In this document: positions 39,306 to 53,147 of the stretch, one piece after another
Layout of the letters: every line of letters begins with the position of its first letter
How positions within the stretch are numbered: position 1 is the stretch's first letter
DNA from: the human T2T-CHM13v2.0 reference genome, Homo sapiens
Direction: 5' to 3' (one strand)
DNA: 64,000 nt
NCBI RefSeq assembly: GCF_009914755.1
Contig: NC_060926.1
The notes under the pieces: generated by a model
Database searches by the model: none
Seen by the model: only the letters and a program-made list of their open reading frames with translations
Told to the model about the DNA's origin: nothing
Program-made: the position numbers and the translations under genes

Positions 39306-40989
39306 CTCCTTGGTCAGGTTGGAGGTAACTTGTATATAATACTACACTCTCACAATTCACAATTTGGGGAAAATTAAACATTTAACCTAACTTTATTAAC
39401 TATTTGCTTTAACATGCTTCAGAACAAAAAGGGAGGAATAGAAGAAAGAAGTGAAGGAAAATCTTGATAAATATTGAATCTGGATTGAATCTGCTACGTG
39501 GAGTTTCACTATACTATTGTGTCTTTTTGTTGTTGTTTGAAATTTTTAACTGAAAGAGAAAGTCTTTTTCTTCTCCAGTCCCCTCCAGAACTATCATTAG
39601 CCTTGGGTTGCATTCTTATAATCCTGATGACCTATTATTAGATAAAGAAAGCACAAAATAATGCAGTTAAACTGCAAGTGGCAGCTTTTCTCCTGTCACT
39701 TGGACCCAAGTTCCAAATTATGGTTCTTGTTCCTGCTTTGATCACATTACAATCTTAAAGTTTCCCTAATGAATTGATCCATTTATATATCTCCAGTGCT
39801 TGTTATGAAATCTTACACCTGTACATACTTCATATGGATTTAAAAAGCAATGAATATGGAGTTCCCATTAGAGTGCACATAAGGCACTAAGTGTAGACAC
39901 GCTTTCCAGCTTCTCTTCCCCTTCCCTAACCCAACTAGGAAAAGCTCCTTTTAGTTCCTTCCTATTGTAAATGTATTACCTGAAATGGACATTAAGTTAG
40001 CTCATTAGCACCCCAAACATATAAGCAGTATTTAGTTTATCAGATCAACTACTAGAAACAAAGTCCTGAGGCAATGGGACTTCAGTTGCCTAAATGTTGA
40101 CAAGTTGGTATAGAAAGTAAATACATAATACTTCACCTTACACTTGTAGGTGGATATACACTCTTTGGATTGCTTTTGTTATCAATCTCATTTAACTCTC
40201 ACAGAACTTTAACAGAGGAGGCCCAATAAGCTTAAAGCATGGATCCAACCTAAAACTGCTAGAAAATGGCAGACCTAGAACTGGTGGTTGAGGAGCCCCG
40301 AATGAGAACACTAAAGAATAAGAGAACAGCAGAGTGAGGACATCTTGAATAAGGTACAGGAGGTGTGGGTGCTTGTGCCCTTCATAATGGGGCCTCCTTA
40401 GGCTGCCCCGGTGGGCCTGGGGTTTCCATTTCTATATTTGTTCTCATCTTCTTTACGTTGAAACACAGAACAATCCTCTTGGTGTCCTGAAAACACCTAA
40501 TGTTCCATTCTCAAACAGGTTCCTCAGAATACTCACAATTGTGTTGTTTTTATACAGGGAGCTAAATGCACAATAAGGTATCATTTCAAATTTTCTCAAA
40601 AGCAACTTTAAAATTATATCTATGGAATACGATATGATTCTGGAAAAGTCTAGCTTTAGTTTTCCTCCTCTCTGCTACATATGTGATATTTGAGTTTTTT
40701 CTCCTTGAAAATCTGCTGATAATTACCCCTGTTTTAGTCATCTGAAATCCAGGACACAGTAAGTTTTAAAGATAAAAGGTAGCCTACTGTTACATCCCTT
40801 CCTGTGGAAAACAGGAAAAAAGGGAAAGATTCTTATCTATTTTCCTGATTTTATGAGAAAGACATATTTGTAGCTTTAAAATTTTAAACATTAGAGAAGG
40901 ATACAAGTTAGACAGTGAAGTTTCCCCCAGAATCTCATTTTTCAGCATGAACCACAGTGAATGGTTATGCAGCTCTTCTTTTAGACTTT

Positions 40990-41055
40990 TTACTTTACAG
41001 AGTTTACAAAGCACTTTCACATATTTTTATCTCATTGAAACTTCACAACAGCAAT
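40990..41055 (-). mobile_element. MIR fragment
   Basis: tttacagagtttacaaagcactttcacatatttttatctcattgaaacttcacaacagc. Confidence 0.6.
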
Positions 41056-44000
41056 TTCAATTATAAATGTGAGATTGGGGAAATTGTTTTCCAGTGAACT
41101 TTAATAACCTTCTCACAAAAGGGAGCTACCATGACTGACTACCTTCTAGTCACATTTTTGCAAAGCCAGGCCGGCATTGATTCACTGTGACCTTTCATGC
41201 TCAATTCATACAGCAAAGAGCCGACTGGGCTGTGGAGAGCAGAATCAATCCAAAATCTGCTAAGTATTTTGGTTCTATCAGCTACAGCCTTAGCTAAATA
41301 CAAAACATTTGCATGGGTAATAGATAAAGATGGAGCAGTCTTCCAGAACACTATAAAGGAGGCTTCTTCAGCATCACTAACAAAGAAAAATGTGGGGCTA
41401 GCCAGTCTAAACTGTAAAATATTTAATTCAAATTAGAGTAAATTGTGGTATTTCCTCCCGTGTAAGTAGACAGAGATAGTCCTGCACCAATTACCACTGG
41501 ATATAAAGTAGCTGCTCTCAAATTAATGGAATAAAACAAGTCCCCCCAGGCTAACAGCATAGTCTTGGGGTTAGCTGCTTAATTAGTGGGCTCTTTGTTC
41601 TAATAGATCTCATAGACAAGACCTTGAAATCAAATCTAGGAGTCGGAGGAGAGAGTCGGTGTCTTGGGTGAATCTGGTTACCATATTTCTAGACTAAACT
41701 AATGGAAAGATAAGGATCTTGATTCCAAAGAGCCAAATCAACCTTATCTCTTGAATTTGTATATAATGAACTGTTTATTTTGGCCCAGGAAGCCGCTTCA
41801 AAGAACCCATTATGATGGCTAAGGACTAAACCATAATTACATTTCTCTCCAGGACAAACTGAAGGATCTTTCCTTTTTTTCGGTCTTCATTCATTTTCCA
41901 AATTGTGAACAAAAATGTTTACTAGGTACTCTGGCCATCTTTATTATTGTGGCTTTAATGTTTAACACTAGTATATTTCTCTTAATCTCTTTGGTCTCAA
42001 CCTGAAACAGGAGGAAATGGTGACACAAGTGGATTTCATTTCCAGTGAAACAGAAAGGCAGCAACAAGTCTCTAAGCTCCCTCACCTCTGAGCAAAATGC
42101 AGAGTGACTTGGAGTCCTGTGACCTAGCTTGCAATGTTGTGATAGCCCTGATAGTGATTCATGTCCTTACAAAACAAACAGCTATCTTTCTAACCCTTCA
42201 TAGCTTAGGCGGGGCCTCCACCACAGAGCTACCTTTGGTCGGCTCTGCAGACTTTGATGATGAGACTCTAGCAGTCAGTCTAAGAGAGAAAAGGACATTC
42301 AGGGAATTTTAAGTGGCTTGGATCAGCATTTGTCATATACAATTGATGTTCATTTATATTTCACTAGCCAAAATCTAATGCTGTCCAAAATTGGGAAAGA
42401 AATATTTCAAATACTAATCAGGCCCAATCTTGCTTTAATGTAAAAAATGAGCCTTGTCCTACCTTTTTTCAATCCTAGTCTCAGAAGGGAGATTTAATAT
42501 TTCCTGACAGTGCTTTAAATACTTTGCTGTTCAGACTTCAGTGAATCCACAATAATTATGTCAGTTAAACCAGCTTGGTTTTTCAATAGGTGTTTTAAGT
42601 TTAGGGTGCTTTTTGAACTCCGTATCATGGCATTCATTCTTTGATATTAGGTTTATTAGAGAAAGGGCCAATACTCAGATGGATCACCACTTAACCATTT
42701 AACCCATTTACCTGTTGTTTTTTAATCTATTGATTTAGTGGTCTACAGCTTCCCAGCCCCCTCCTTTCCAGGAAGTTTAATTACACAGAATCTAGGAGCC
42801 ATTGCTATTCCCAGTGGAGAGTTTCGGGGAAGGCCAAGTGGTTTTTAATTCTCAGAAGATCAAGCCATAAAGACTCCGGTAGATTATCATTAAGCACTGA
42901 CTTAACATTTAGTGTCTTACTAAGCTTTTTATAGGAGCCTTTGCCATTTTGATGAATGAGACTGAAAAATTATCTTTGTTTTACAGATGGAGAAAATATA
43001 TCAATATACAATTGTTTAGGGGTGGGGAGAGAAGTACCAGTTTCTTCAGGTGGAAATTAATTCTACCCATCCTTCAACACCCTCTCAAAAATATCCAACA
43101 ACTTCATCATAGTTTTGGCTTCAATCAGTGTGTGCATTCTTCCTGAATCATACTCTCCAGTAAAACAAGATCTTCTTGATAGGCTCTGTTGGCAATATCC
43201 AGCCTTCACCTTGACAACAATTAAGCCAGGGAGCACAATTGAGACTGAGTTTTCTTCAGAAGAACAGCCAAATGGCACTGAACACATTTACACAAAGTCA
43301 TAAAGCAAGTGCAGGAATTAGAAGTCGTCCCCTCCGTGTGGGTGGAGTGGTGAGCCTGGCCCGGGGAGGAACATGGTTTGCTAAGTAGAGGCCTGGGGAT
43401 GGTAGATACAGACCTTCCTTATTTCTTCAGAAGAACGTATCAGAATCCCCCATGGGAACCCCCACACTGGAATCTCTTAGCTTTTTAGAAAGCATAAGCA
43501 ATGCCGCTAGAAACCATTTATCACATTTAGGAATTCTTTCATTGCTTTCTCATAATTTGCCATGTAAAAATAAATTAGAAGTCATGGAGTGGATGCTTAC
43601 TAATAAAAGAGAAATTATCAAAGAGATGAACATAAATAGTAATGAAATCAGCATGGGCCTGCAAAGTACGGACATTGCAGGGTCAAAATAAAGGAGGGAT
43701 GATAACAAGACAAGATTTGCTTTGAACTTCTTAGTCAACACTTACTTTGTTTTCTTCTAGTTTTCTAGGAACCAGCTTTGTTATTTTACATTTGACCACC
43801 TCTTATAAATCCAAACATTTACTATTTGATGCTCTGTTTTTTAACCCTGCCTTATTCTATGTGCAGACTGCTCCAAGAAAAATATCAGCAACTAAATTTG
43901 CTGTTTTCACTCTAAGTGGGAACATTTTCTATGATAGTAATAGTCTGACTTAGAAAAGGCTACTTCTTAAGGCAATGAGTGTGGACAGTTTGTCGGATTA

Positions 44001-45152
44001 ACACCGAGCTGGGATGCTATAGTGGTAAGACTTTGAAATTTGGGAGTCAGAGAATACAAGGGCTACTTCTGATTTTACCTTTTACTAATTGCATGGACTA
44101 CTTAACAGAATGTCTGTAATTTAAACCTCCCCTTAATGTATAGGCAGTATAAAATTATGCAAATGTCAGTCAGTTTAAGCCATTCCTGAGGGGCAGTCAT
44201 TTGCCCAAACCAAAAATTCATACCCTAGGTGTCATCACCTAGACTTCCAGTTAGAAGCCCACCTTCCCGAGGTGATTCAGCTATCTTAAACTCCCAACAC
44301 CACCCAAGTTATTCTTAATTAGCAGGATGCATGTTAAAATGGGTTTTCATTGGTGAAATTAATAGCTTGTCAATTAGCATTATGGCTGCTAGAAATGGGG
44401 TTTCACTGGTGAAAATAGTGATGTTCAAATTCTAGACTCTCCCTAGTTGCATAAACAGAATAAAAATGTAGAAAACTCTGTGTCCTATACCTTTAGGGAT
44501 ATTTTCTGGAGACTGATTTCTGTACGGTCCTGAGTCCGACCATTGACTCGGTCTTCAGTTCTTGAGTTGCCTGATATCTACTATAAGACTAATTGAAACC
44601 AGCTTCTAGAATATGATCATATCTGCTTCAAGTGAGCATTGCATGCACCAGTGCAGTTAGAATACCTAAAAGGCCAACAGTTGCAATTTCATCAAATTAT
44701 AGAATAGGTTACATGAGCTGTTTTGTGACTGCTTCCTAATAAATGTTTAATGTACATTTTTATATGTGGCCAAATTTGGTCAGAGATTTGCTTTCAATAT
44801 AAACTAGTGAAGAGGTTGTGGGGGAGACAGTTATTCATCATCCATGTCTAATTATCGGTAGTTACTGTTATTGACAAAATAATCTGCAACATTACCCTCC
44901 ACTCAGCATTTGATCTTGCTTTAGCTCGTCCCAGATGTTCTTAATGTTACCTAGGTGCCTATGGTCAATTAGAGGGTAAAAGACTCACAGATCTCCAGAC
45001 TACAGATCCAGAGGGATTCAGTGGGATTCAGTGTAGGCACAGGGCTCTCCTGGATTAGCAGTCACTTCAGGACCCTATGACTTGGTCTGACTATTGCCTG
45101 TTCCTTGCCCCCAAGTCACAGAGACTGTTAGGATTTTTCCTGTTCTCTCCAG

Positions 45153-45230
45153 AAAAATGAAGACCCTAGAGGAATTCTCATCAATATTTCCTGCTAAGTT
45201 TCTTTCACAAAGCCATGATCAAACCCTTTG
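45153..45230 (+). other. Candidate spliced exon (78 nt) of an unidentified transcript
   Basis: tttttcctgttctctccag| acceptor and ttg|gtaagt donor in unique sequence; motif evidence only. Confidence 0.3.
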
Positions 45231-45364
45231 GTAAGTGCTGTAAGAACAGAATACAGATATGGATATCCTGGAGGGGGTGGGTCGTGTCATAGATACAGGT
45301 GATGATGATGATGATGCTGATGATGATTACTATTAATGCAATTTCCACCTGACAAAAAAACCTA

Positions 45365-45823
45365 TATTAAAAACCCATTCTGTTTGGCTGCACATAAAAT
45401 AAAACTCGGGAATGTTGCCTTAAGGCAGTTAGGTTTGTTTTCTTCATATTATAAATCTAGAGTTGGGAAATGTGAAGATCAATGATGCTGTCAGAGACCC
45501 AAGGTCTACATTCCTGCTCTGTCATCATTTGTTCATGGCTCTTGTCCTCATGCTTTGAAAATGGCAGCAGCATCTCCAGGTGTACAAAGAAGAAGGAGAG
45601 AGGTAAAAGGGATTTCACAAGGTAAGCTTTTGCCAGTTTATTAAGGAAAGAAATCTCTCTCCTGAAAATTCCACTTACGTTACATTGGCCAGAACTTTGT
45701 CATCCCCTAGCTGCAAATGGAGGTGAAGTTATTTTAGCAGAGCATATCACTGTTCTGAACAAAATGAAATTCTGACAGGGAGAAAGAGAATTGATATTGC
45801 CAGATAACTAGTAGGGTTTACCA
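45365..45823 (-). mobile_element. MLT1J-like MaLR LTR
   Basis: aatgatgctgtcagagacccaagg...aaatggcagcagcatctccag...cattggccagaact...ctagctgcaa. Confidence 0.7.
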
Positions 45824-45979
45824 TTCCTACTATTCATCAGCCACTTTACTGGGTACTTTCCATATCTACAATCTATAACCTTGCAAAGTAATAATTTTCC
45901 ATATGATCTACTGAGGAACAAAGACTTTTAATAGCTTGTCCAAGAAAATGGCAGATAACTTGACTGACAGAAATTATTA

Positions 45980-46224
45980 TAATAACAGTTAACGTTGCTC
46001 AAACGCTTGCCATAGGTCAGGTATTTCTCTGGGTGCTTTATGTACAGTGACTTGTTTCTTCCTCATAGAAACCCTCTGAGGAAGGTGTTTTCATTGTCCT
46101 CATTTATAAGATGAGGAAATCAAAGTTTAGAAAAGTTAAGGAACTTGCTTAGAATCACACAGGTTATAAGAGGTGAAGCTCAAGTTTGAACCTAGTTCTG
46201 TGCGACTCCTTAGCTCTTGACCAC
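45980..46224 (-). mobile_element. MIR SINE (interrupted by THE1; resumes at ~48515-48535)
   Basis: ctcattttataagatgaggaaatcaaagtttagaaaagttaaggaacttgc...aatcacacag...tttgaacctag. Confidence 0.85.
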
Positions 46225-48514
46225 TGATTTGGTTTGGCTGTGTCCCCACCCAAATCTCATCTTGAATTCCCAGGTGTTGTGGAAGGGACCTGGTGGCAGG
46301 TAACTGAATCATGGGCAGGTCTTTCCCATGCTGTTCTCATGATAGTGAATAAGTCTCATGAGATCTAATGGTATATAAGGGGGAGTTTCCCTGCACAAGC
46401 TCTCTCTTTCTGCCTGCTGCCATTCGTGTAAGATGTAACTTGCTCCTTCTTGCCTTGCCTTCTGCCATGATTGTGAGGCCTCTGCAGCCATGTGGAACTG
46501 TAAGCCTATTAAACCTCTTTCTTTTGGAAATTGCCCAGTATTGGGTATGCCTTTTTGAGCAGCGTGAAAATGGACTAATACAGTAAATTTGTACCAGTAG
46601 AGTGGGGCATTGCTGAAAAGATACCTGAAAACGTGAAGTGACTTTGGAACTGGGTAACAGGCAGAGATTGGAACAGTTTGGGGGGCTTAGAAGAAGACAG
46701 GAAAATGTGGGAAATTTTGGAACCTCCTAGAGACTCATTGAATGGCTTTAATAAAAAAGCTGATAGTGATATGAACAATAAGGTCCAGGCTGAGGTGGCC
46801 TCAGATGGAGATGAGGAACTTGTTGGGGACTGGAGCAAAGTTGACTCTTGTTATGTTTTAGCAAAGAGACTGGCAGCATTTTGCCCCACCCTAGAGATTT
46901 GTGGAACTTTGAACTTGAGAGAGACGATTTAGGGTATCTGGTAGAAGAAATTTCAAAAGCAGCAAAGCATTCAAAATTTGATTTGGGTGCTGTTAAAGGC
47001 ATTCAGTTTTATAAGGAAAGCAGAGCATAAAAGTTTGGAAAATTTGCAGCCTGACAATGCAATAGAAAAGAAAATCCCATTTTCTGAGGAGAAATTCAAG
47101 CCAGCTACAGACATTTGCATAAGTAATGAGGAGCTGAATGTTAATCCCCAAGACAATGAGGAAAATGTCTCCAGGGCATGTCAAAGGTCTTCATGGCAGC
47201 TCCTCCCATCACAGGCCTGGAGGCCTAGGAGGAAAAAATGGTTTTGTGGGCCGGGCCCAGGGTCCCCATGCTATGTGCAATCTAGGGACTTGGTTCCCTG
47301 CGTCCCAGCTGCTCCAGTTGTGACTAAAATGGATCAAGGTGCAGCTCAGGCCATGGCTTCAGAGGGTACAAGCCCCAAGCCTTGGCAGCTTCCACATGGT
47401 GTTGAGCCTGTGGGTACACAGAAGTTAAGAATTGAGGTTTGGGAACCTCTGCCTAGATTTCAGAGAATGTATAGAAACACCTGGATGTCCAGGCAGACGT
47501 TTGCTGCAGGAGCAGGGCTCTCATGGAGAACCTCTGCTAGGGCAGTGAGGATGGAAAATGTGGGGTTGGAGCCCCCACACAGAGTTACTACTGGGGTACT
47601 GCCTAGTGGAGCTGTGAGAAGTAGGCCACCATCTTCCAGACTCCAGAATGGTAGATCCACTGACAGCTTGCCCCATGTGCCTGGAAAAGCCACAAACAGT
47701 CAATGTCAGCCCATGAAAGCAGCTGGGAGGGAGGCTGTACCCTGCAAAGCCACAGGGGCAGAACTGCCCAAGACAATGGGAACCCACCTCTTGCATCAGC
47801 ATGACCTGGATGTGAGACATGGAGTCAAAGGACATCATTTTGGAGCTTTAAGATTTGACTGCCCTGCTGGATTTCAGACTTGCATGGGGCCTGCAGCCGC
47901 TTTGTTTTGGCCAATCTCTCCCATTTGGAATGGCTGTACTTACCAAATGCCTGTACCCCCATTGTATCTAGGAAGTAATTAACTGGCTTTTGATTTCACA
48001 GGCTCATAGGTGTAAGGGTCCTGCCTTGTCTCAGACGAGACCTGGGACTGTGGACTTTTGAGTTAATGCTGAAATGAGTTAAGACTTTGAGGGGGCTCTT
48101 GGGAAGGCATGATTGGTTTTGAAATGTGAGGACATGAGATTTGGGAGGGTCCAGGGATGAAATGATATGGTTTGGCTGTGTCCCCATCCAAATCTCATCT
48201 TGAATTCCTCTATGTTGTGGGAGGGACCTGGTGGGAGGTAATCGAATCATGGGGGCAGGTTTTCCCATGCTGTTCTCATGATAGCAAATAAGTCTCACAA
48301 GATCTGGCAGTATTATAAGGGGGAGTTTCCCTGCACAAGCTCTCTCTTTTTGCCTGCTGTCATCCATGTAAGATGTGACTTGCTCCTCCTTGCCTTCGGC
48401 CATGATTGTGAGACCTCCCCAGCCATATGGAACTGGTCCATTAAACCTCTTTCTTTTGTAAATTGCCCAGTCTCAGGTATGTCTTTATCAGCATCATGAA
48501 AACAGACTAATACA
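46225..48514 (+). mobile_element. Full-length THE1 (THE1A-like) MaLR: 5'LTR 46225-46582, internal 46583-48162, 3'LTR 48163-48514
   Basis: Two direct LTRs (tgat.tggtttggctgtgtcccca...gactaataca), PBS-like gtaccagtagagtgggg, perfect 5-bp TSD accac (46220-24 / 48515-19). Confidence 0.95.
46978..47982 (+). pseudogene. THE1 internal MaLR ORF remnant (334 aa open segment)
   Basis: WVLLKAFSF...LENLQPD...VEPVGTQKLRIEVWEPLPRFQRMY...PVPPLYLGSN; N-terminal part lies in other frames (46678, 46848). Confidence 0.8.
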
Positions 48515-48834
48515 ACCACTCTGCTGCACAGCTTCTGCAAAACACATCAAACTGTGCACAGAGCTACCATTTCACTAGTGTTGTAGAGGTATCAAGTGAA
48601 CAGGCAAAAGGTCAAATACCAATCAGGTAGCCAATCAGTACTCCAAATAAGAGAAAGTAAGCAGAGGAGGCTCAGAATGGAAACTGAAGATTCAAGAAAT
48701 AGCAAGAAATGAGTAATGTCCAGCTGATGTCTAACTGTGTGCCAGAATATGTGTTTAGTGATTTCTCTTGATGCAAAGGGCCCTTTTCCGTACATCAGTG
48801 TGTATTTTGATTAGGTCACATGGAAATATCTATC

Positions 48835-49045
48835 ACAGATGACAGCTGCTCATTGCCCACTTAATAACCATACTCCAATTCTTCTTTACTAAGAGGACCC
48901 TCATTTTACTATGGGCAACATTAGGCTGAGTTAAAATGACTCACTCCATATATTTCCTTTCCCTTCCTGATGGCTATATGACACAAGACTGGCCAATGAC
49001 AATTAAGTAAGCATGGGTTTTGGGTTACAGCTTCCTGGAAAGTTA
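48835..49045 (+). mobile_element. MLT1J-like LTR 5' fragment
   Basis: tgcccacttaataaccat...cttctttactaagaggaccct...atgacacaagactggccaatgac...gcttcctggaaag. Confidence 0.5.
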
Positions 49046-51574
49046 TTGTGAAAAAGGTTGGTGGAGAAACAGGTAGGGAGAAGAGAAGAAGTCCATAGAG
49101 TATGGACCCTAGGCATGGATGGCTTTGCTCCCAGACAGAAGAGAACTTACGAGAAGAGGGAAAGCAAGTATCTCCCTGCTTCTCAGAACTTACATTCTTC
49201 CCATATGAAAAAGAGAACCCAGTTTGTGACCATCACTTTAGATTCACAAAATATACCAGCATTCTAAATTAGGATTTTCCTTGAGAGCTAATTCTTTGGA
49301 GATGTGCTCTTGGAATACAGTCATAATCACCTATAGCATATATTTATAATACACACATGTATACATACCACATACATATTTATGTATAACATTAGACTCT
49401 GTTACCACGGAAACTATTACAGTACTAACAAATTTCCACTGTAATATGAAATAAGAAATTCAAATGAAATACCAAGCATTTGTTTAAGCACAAATAGCTT
49501 TAGTAATTAAATACATAGAGACAATACAGAAAACTGCAAATTAATACTTAGAAGCCTTTTGCAGTATGAAAGTTGGCTTTGATGTTGTTTTCCCTTTTCC
49601 ACTGCATTATGTTATACATCTTTATAAATTAAATTTGGCATTGGGTTAACAAGAATAGATCTGCTTGCTGAATAGGAGCTTTCACACACCTAAAAGCTGA
49701 GCTCTTATTCTAGATAGTTACACCTTCCATAGTCAGTGAGAACGATTTTATGGCTCCTTTTATTACTCAGAAGGAGGACTTTTATAAAAGAAAGCTCAAA
49801 TGTGAAGTTGGTCTTACATCCCCTGTTTCATTCAGACAATATGTAGAACTACCCCTGGGGTTTTGAATATATTAACATCCTTTCACAATTAACCCTAATG
49901 GGACAAGTGTAGCATTTTTTTTCCCAAGCAGATATATTCAAAGCTGAAAAATACATAGTGTTTAAATAGATCTCATTGTATCAGCTACACCAAATCTCTC
50001 CTCTTTATATACAGAGGATTGTACCTCTCTTCACTGTCATGCAACATTAAAATAGGAAGGTATACACAAGGATGACATAGATTTGACAAAAAATTAATGA
50101 TTTGTACATCACTTTAATGCCTCAAATCTGCAATTCATGTATGCTAATTAGTTCATAATGGGCTGTTGAAGAACAGAACTGTCATCCTGCTGCTTCGCAG
50201 GTTTCTGGAAGCTCCGATTCAGCACAGACTTGCCTGGTTGGCTGCTGGATTCTGGGCTGTAACATGGCAGATCTATGATAGCATCCCCCCTCCCCTCAAC
50301 ACACAATTGTTTCCTGGATGTGGTGCTTTAATCTATCAGAGTTACGATGGCATATCTCAAATAAGTGGTTCCTGGGTGCCGCAATACATACCGGCAGCGG
50401 TAGCATGGCATCACTACATCTAAATGATTGATTTCTGGATTTTAGACTGTCAGGCTATACCTCAGAGGGCAGCTGTCAACTTCCTAAATGTATGAAGTTG
50501 TATTATGCAGCACATTTTGAAAATGTATGTACAACTTTATTATTTATAGATAAAAAGGGCTGTAAAACTTGGAGAGAGGAAACAAAGGGGACTAGAAAGA
50601 TCAGATGTCTTTTCTTACTGTGAAATCACGTATATCTCCCCACTGCAAGAGACGCAGCTACCCGTCGCTTTTTCTGAGATCTCCTTTGGTCTTTGCGCTG
50701 CAGAGGCAGAGACAAAGACTCTCACAACAGCAGGAGAGTGTGAGGCTGGGCTGCTTCACCAAACAAATGGAAGCACCAGGGCTTATTGGAAGCTGGGAGA
50801 TTTGAAAACAAGTTGTTCTGTTTTTATTGGAGTGCAAACTGATTTTCCCTGATTCCATGATAGAGGCTTGACCCAATGTATTTCTCATATCACATCTACT
50901 GATCTGTAAACCCAGCTTCTATGCATGTCCAGAGTTACAATGACACAAAGGAAACAAGAATCGAATTGGTTTTCAGGCACAAAGTAATCAGTTAGTTCCT
51001 GATGGCTAAAATTTTTGTCTTGAAGACTCCAGAATGAAGATGCATTTATTTTAAAAAATGATTTTTTACACACTAGAAAATATGAACTTGACATCATAAT
51101 AGAAAAACGGAGCCAGGCCAGGGAAAACATACTCCAAATGTAGTTAAACTATGAAAGGATTTCAGATTTTAGGAATAGTCACTTGGCAAATATGCAAAAT
51201 AATGGTGTATCATCAAAAGGAGTCTAAAAGTGCTCAAGTTAAAGAATTTTTGTTCAGACATGTGTTTAAGACCTTTAAACATGCATAGAGAAAAAATTGT
51301 CATTAAGAAGAATTGATACTTAAAGGTTGAATGAATGAATGATGTTCTTCAAATAATGCTGTGGCTTGAAGGACAGAAAATGACATTTCAACCTAGAATT
51401 CTGTATGTGGCTCTCCAGCCAGCAACAGGAAAGCCAATGTTCAAAGTAACCATAATATTTTATCTACATTAACATTTGAATAACATTTTCTTGTGAGGAA
51501 AACCAAACCACAAATTTGAAGCTCCCTTCCATGGTTGGGTTATTCAAATTTGCAGATTTAATGTTGGGTTTTAG

Positions 51575-52325
51575 TGAATATTTAGGAGTGGGGTGGCTAG
51601 GTCATTTGGGAGATGTATGCTTAGCCTGTTGAGAAACTGACAATCTGTTTTCCAAAGTCATTGTACCACTTTACATTCCCACCAGCAATTCGTAAAAGAC
51701 CCAATTTCTCCATATCCTTGCCGACACTTGATGTGGCCAATCTTTATAATTTTTGACATTCTAATAAGTATGTAATTATATCTTGCAGTGGTTTTGTGTT
51801 TCCCTCATAACTAATGATGTTAGCATCTTTTCATGTCCTTATTTGCCATGTTTATCTTCTTTAGTGAAGTAACTCTTCAAATCTCTTGCTGATTTTTTAC
51901 TTCAGTTGTTTGTTTCCTTATTCTTGAGTTTTGAGAGTTCTTTATATATACTGGATACAGCCTTTTATCACATATATGATTAGGAAATATTTTCTCTTAC
52001 TCTGAATCTTCTTTTTTCATTGTCAAAGCACTATCTTTTTGAAGAGCAGAATTTTTAACTTTTGATGAAGATATATTGATATCAATAACAATATAGATGT
52101 ATATCTTTTGGTGTCTTCTTCCTTCTTTAATCGGTCTGCCAGAATTTTATCTACTTTATTATCTTCTCAAAAAACAGATTTTGTTTTCATTGATTTTTAT
52201 CCGTTGTTTTTGTCTTCTATTTCATTGATTCGTGCTCTAATTCTTATTTCCTTTCATGTACTATCTATACCTTTCATTTGCTTTTTTCCTGCATGTCAAG
52301 GTAGACGCTGAGGTCATTGATTTTA
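51575..52325 (-). mobile_element. L1M (MD/ME-like) ORF2 fragments, antisense
   Basis: gtaccactttacattcccaccagcaa...tttccctcataactaatgatg...; jump to an earlier ORF2 segment at ~52080. Confidence 0.75.
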
Positions 52326-52855
52326 GACCAAAGAGAAATGAAATCACACATGCACACAAAGACTTTTATACAAATGTTCATAGAAGCTTTATTTTTAATG
52401 GCCCAAACCTGGAAACTACCCAAATGCTCATTAACAGGTAAATAAATACATGAATGTGCTATTATTTATTTGACAGACTACTACTCAGCAATAAAAGGAG
52501 ACAGATTATTACACAAGCAATGTGGTGCATCTGAAAATAATTATGCTCATGAAAGAAAACAAACAAAAAGAAGACATACTATATAATTTTGTGGATATAA
52601 GATTATAGAAAATATAAAGTAGCTTATAATGACATGAAGCAGATTAATGGCTGTCTGAGGATGGGGATGGAAGGGTAGTAGGGAGGTATTCAAAAGGGGC
52701 ACCAGGAAACTTGGGCGGTGGTGGATATGTTCATTAACTTGATTGTACAGAGTGTTTCAGGGATGTACACAGATGTTAAAACTGATAAGATTTTATATTG
52801 TAAGTGTGTGTAGTTTACTGTATGTCAATTATATCTCAAAAACCTGTTTAAAAAG
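52326..52855 (+). mobile_element. L1M (MD/ME-like) 3'UTR
   Basis: ccaaagagaaatgaaa...cacacaaagact...ggaaactacccaaatg...gtatgtcaattatatctcaa. Confidence 0.8.
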
Positions 52856-52859
52856 TCAT

Positions 52860-53093
52860 CATTAAAAAAATGATGAAGGCCACAGAAAAGGAGAAAATAT
52901 GTGCAATAATTAAATCTGACTTGTATCCAGGATATATAAAGAACTCTTACACTTGATGAGACAAATAACCCAATAAAACAATAAGCAAAATATTTCAATA
53001 GACATTCATAAAAAGTATATATGTGTATATATATGTATGTGTATATATGTATATATATGTGTGTGTGTATATATATACACATATATAATTATA

Positions 53094-53147
<54 letters not shown>

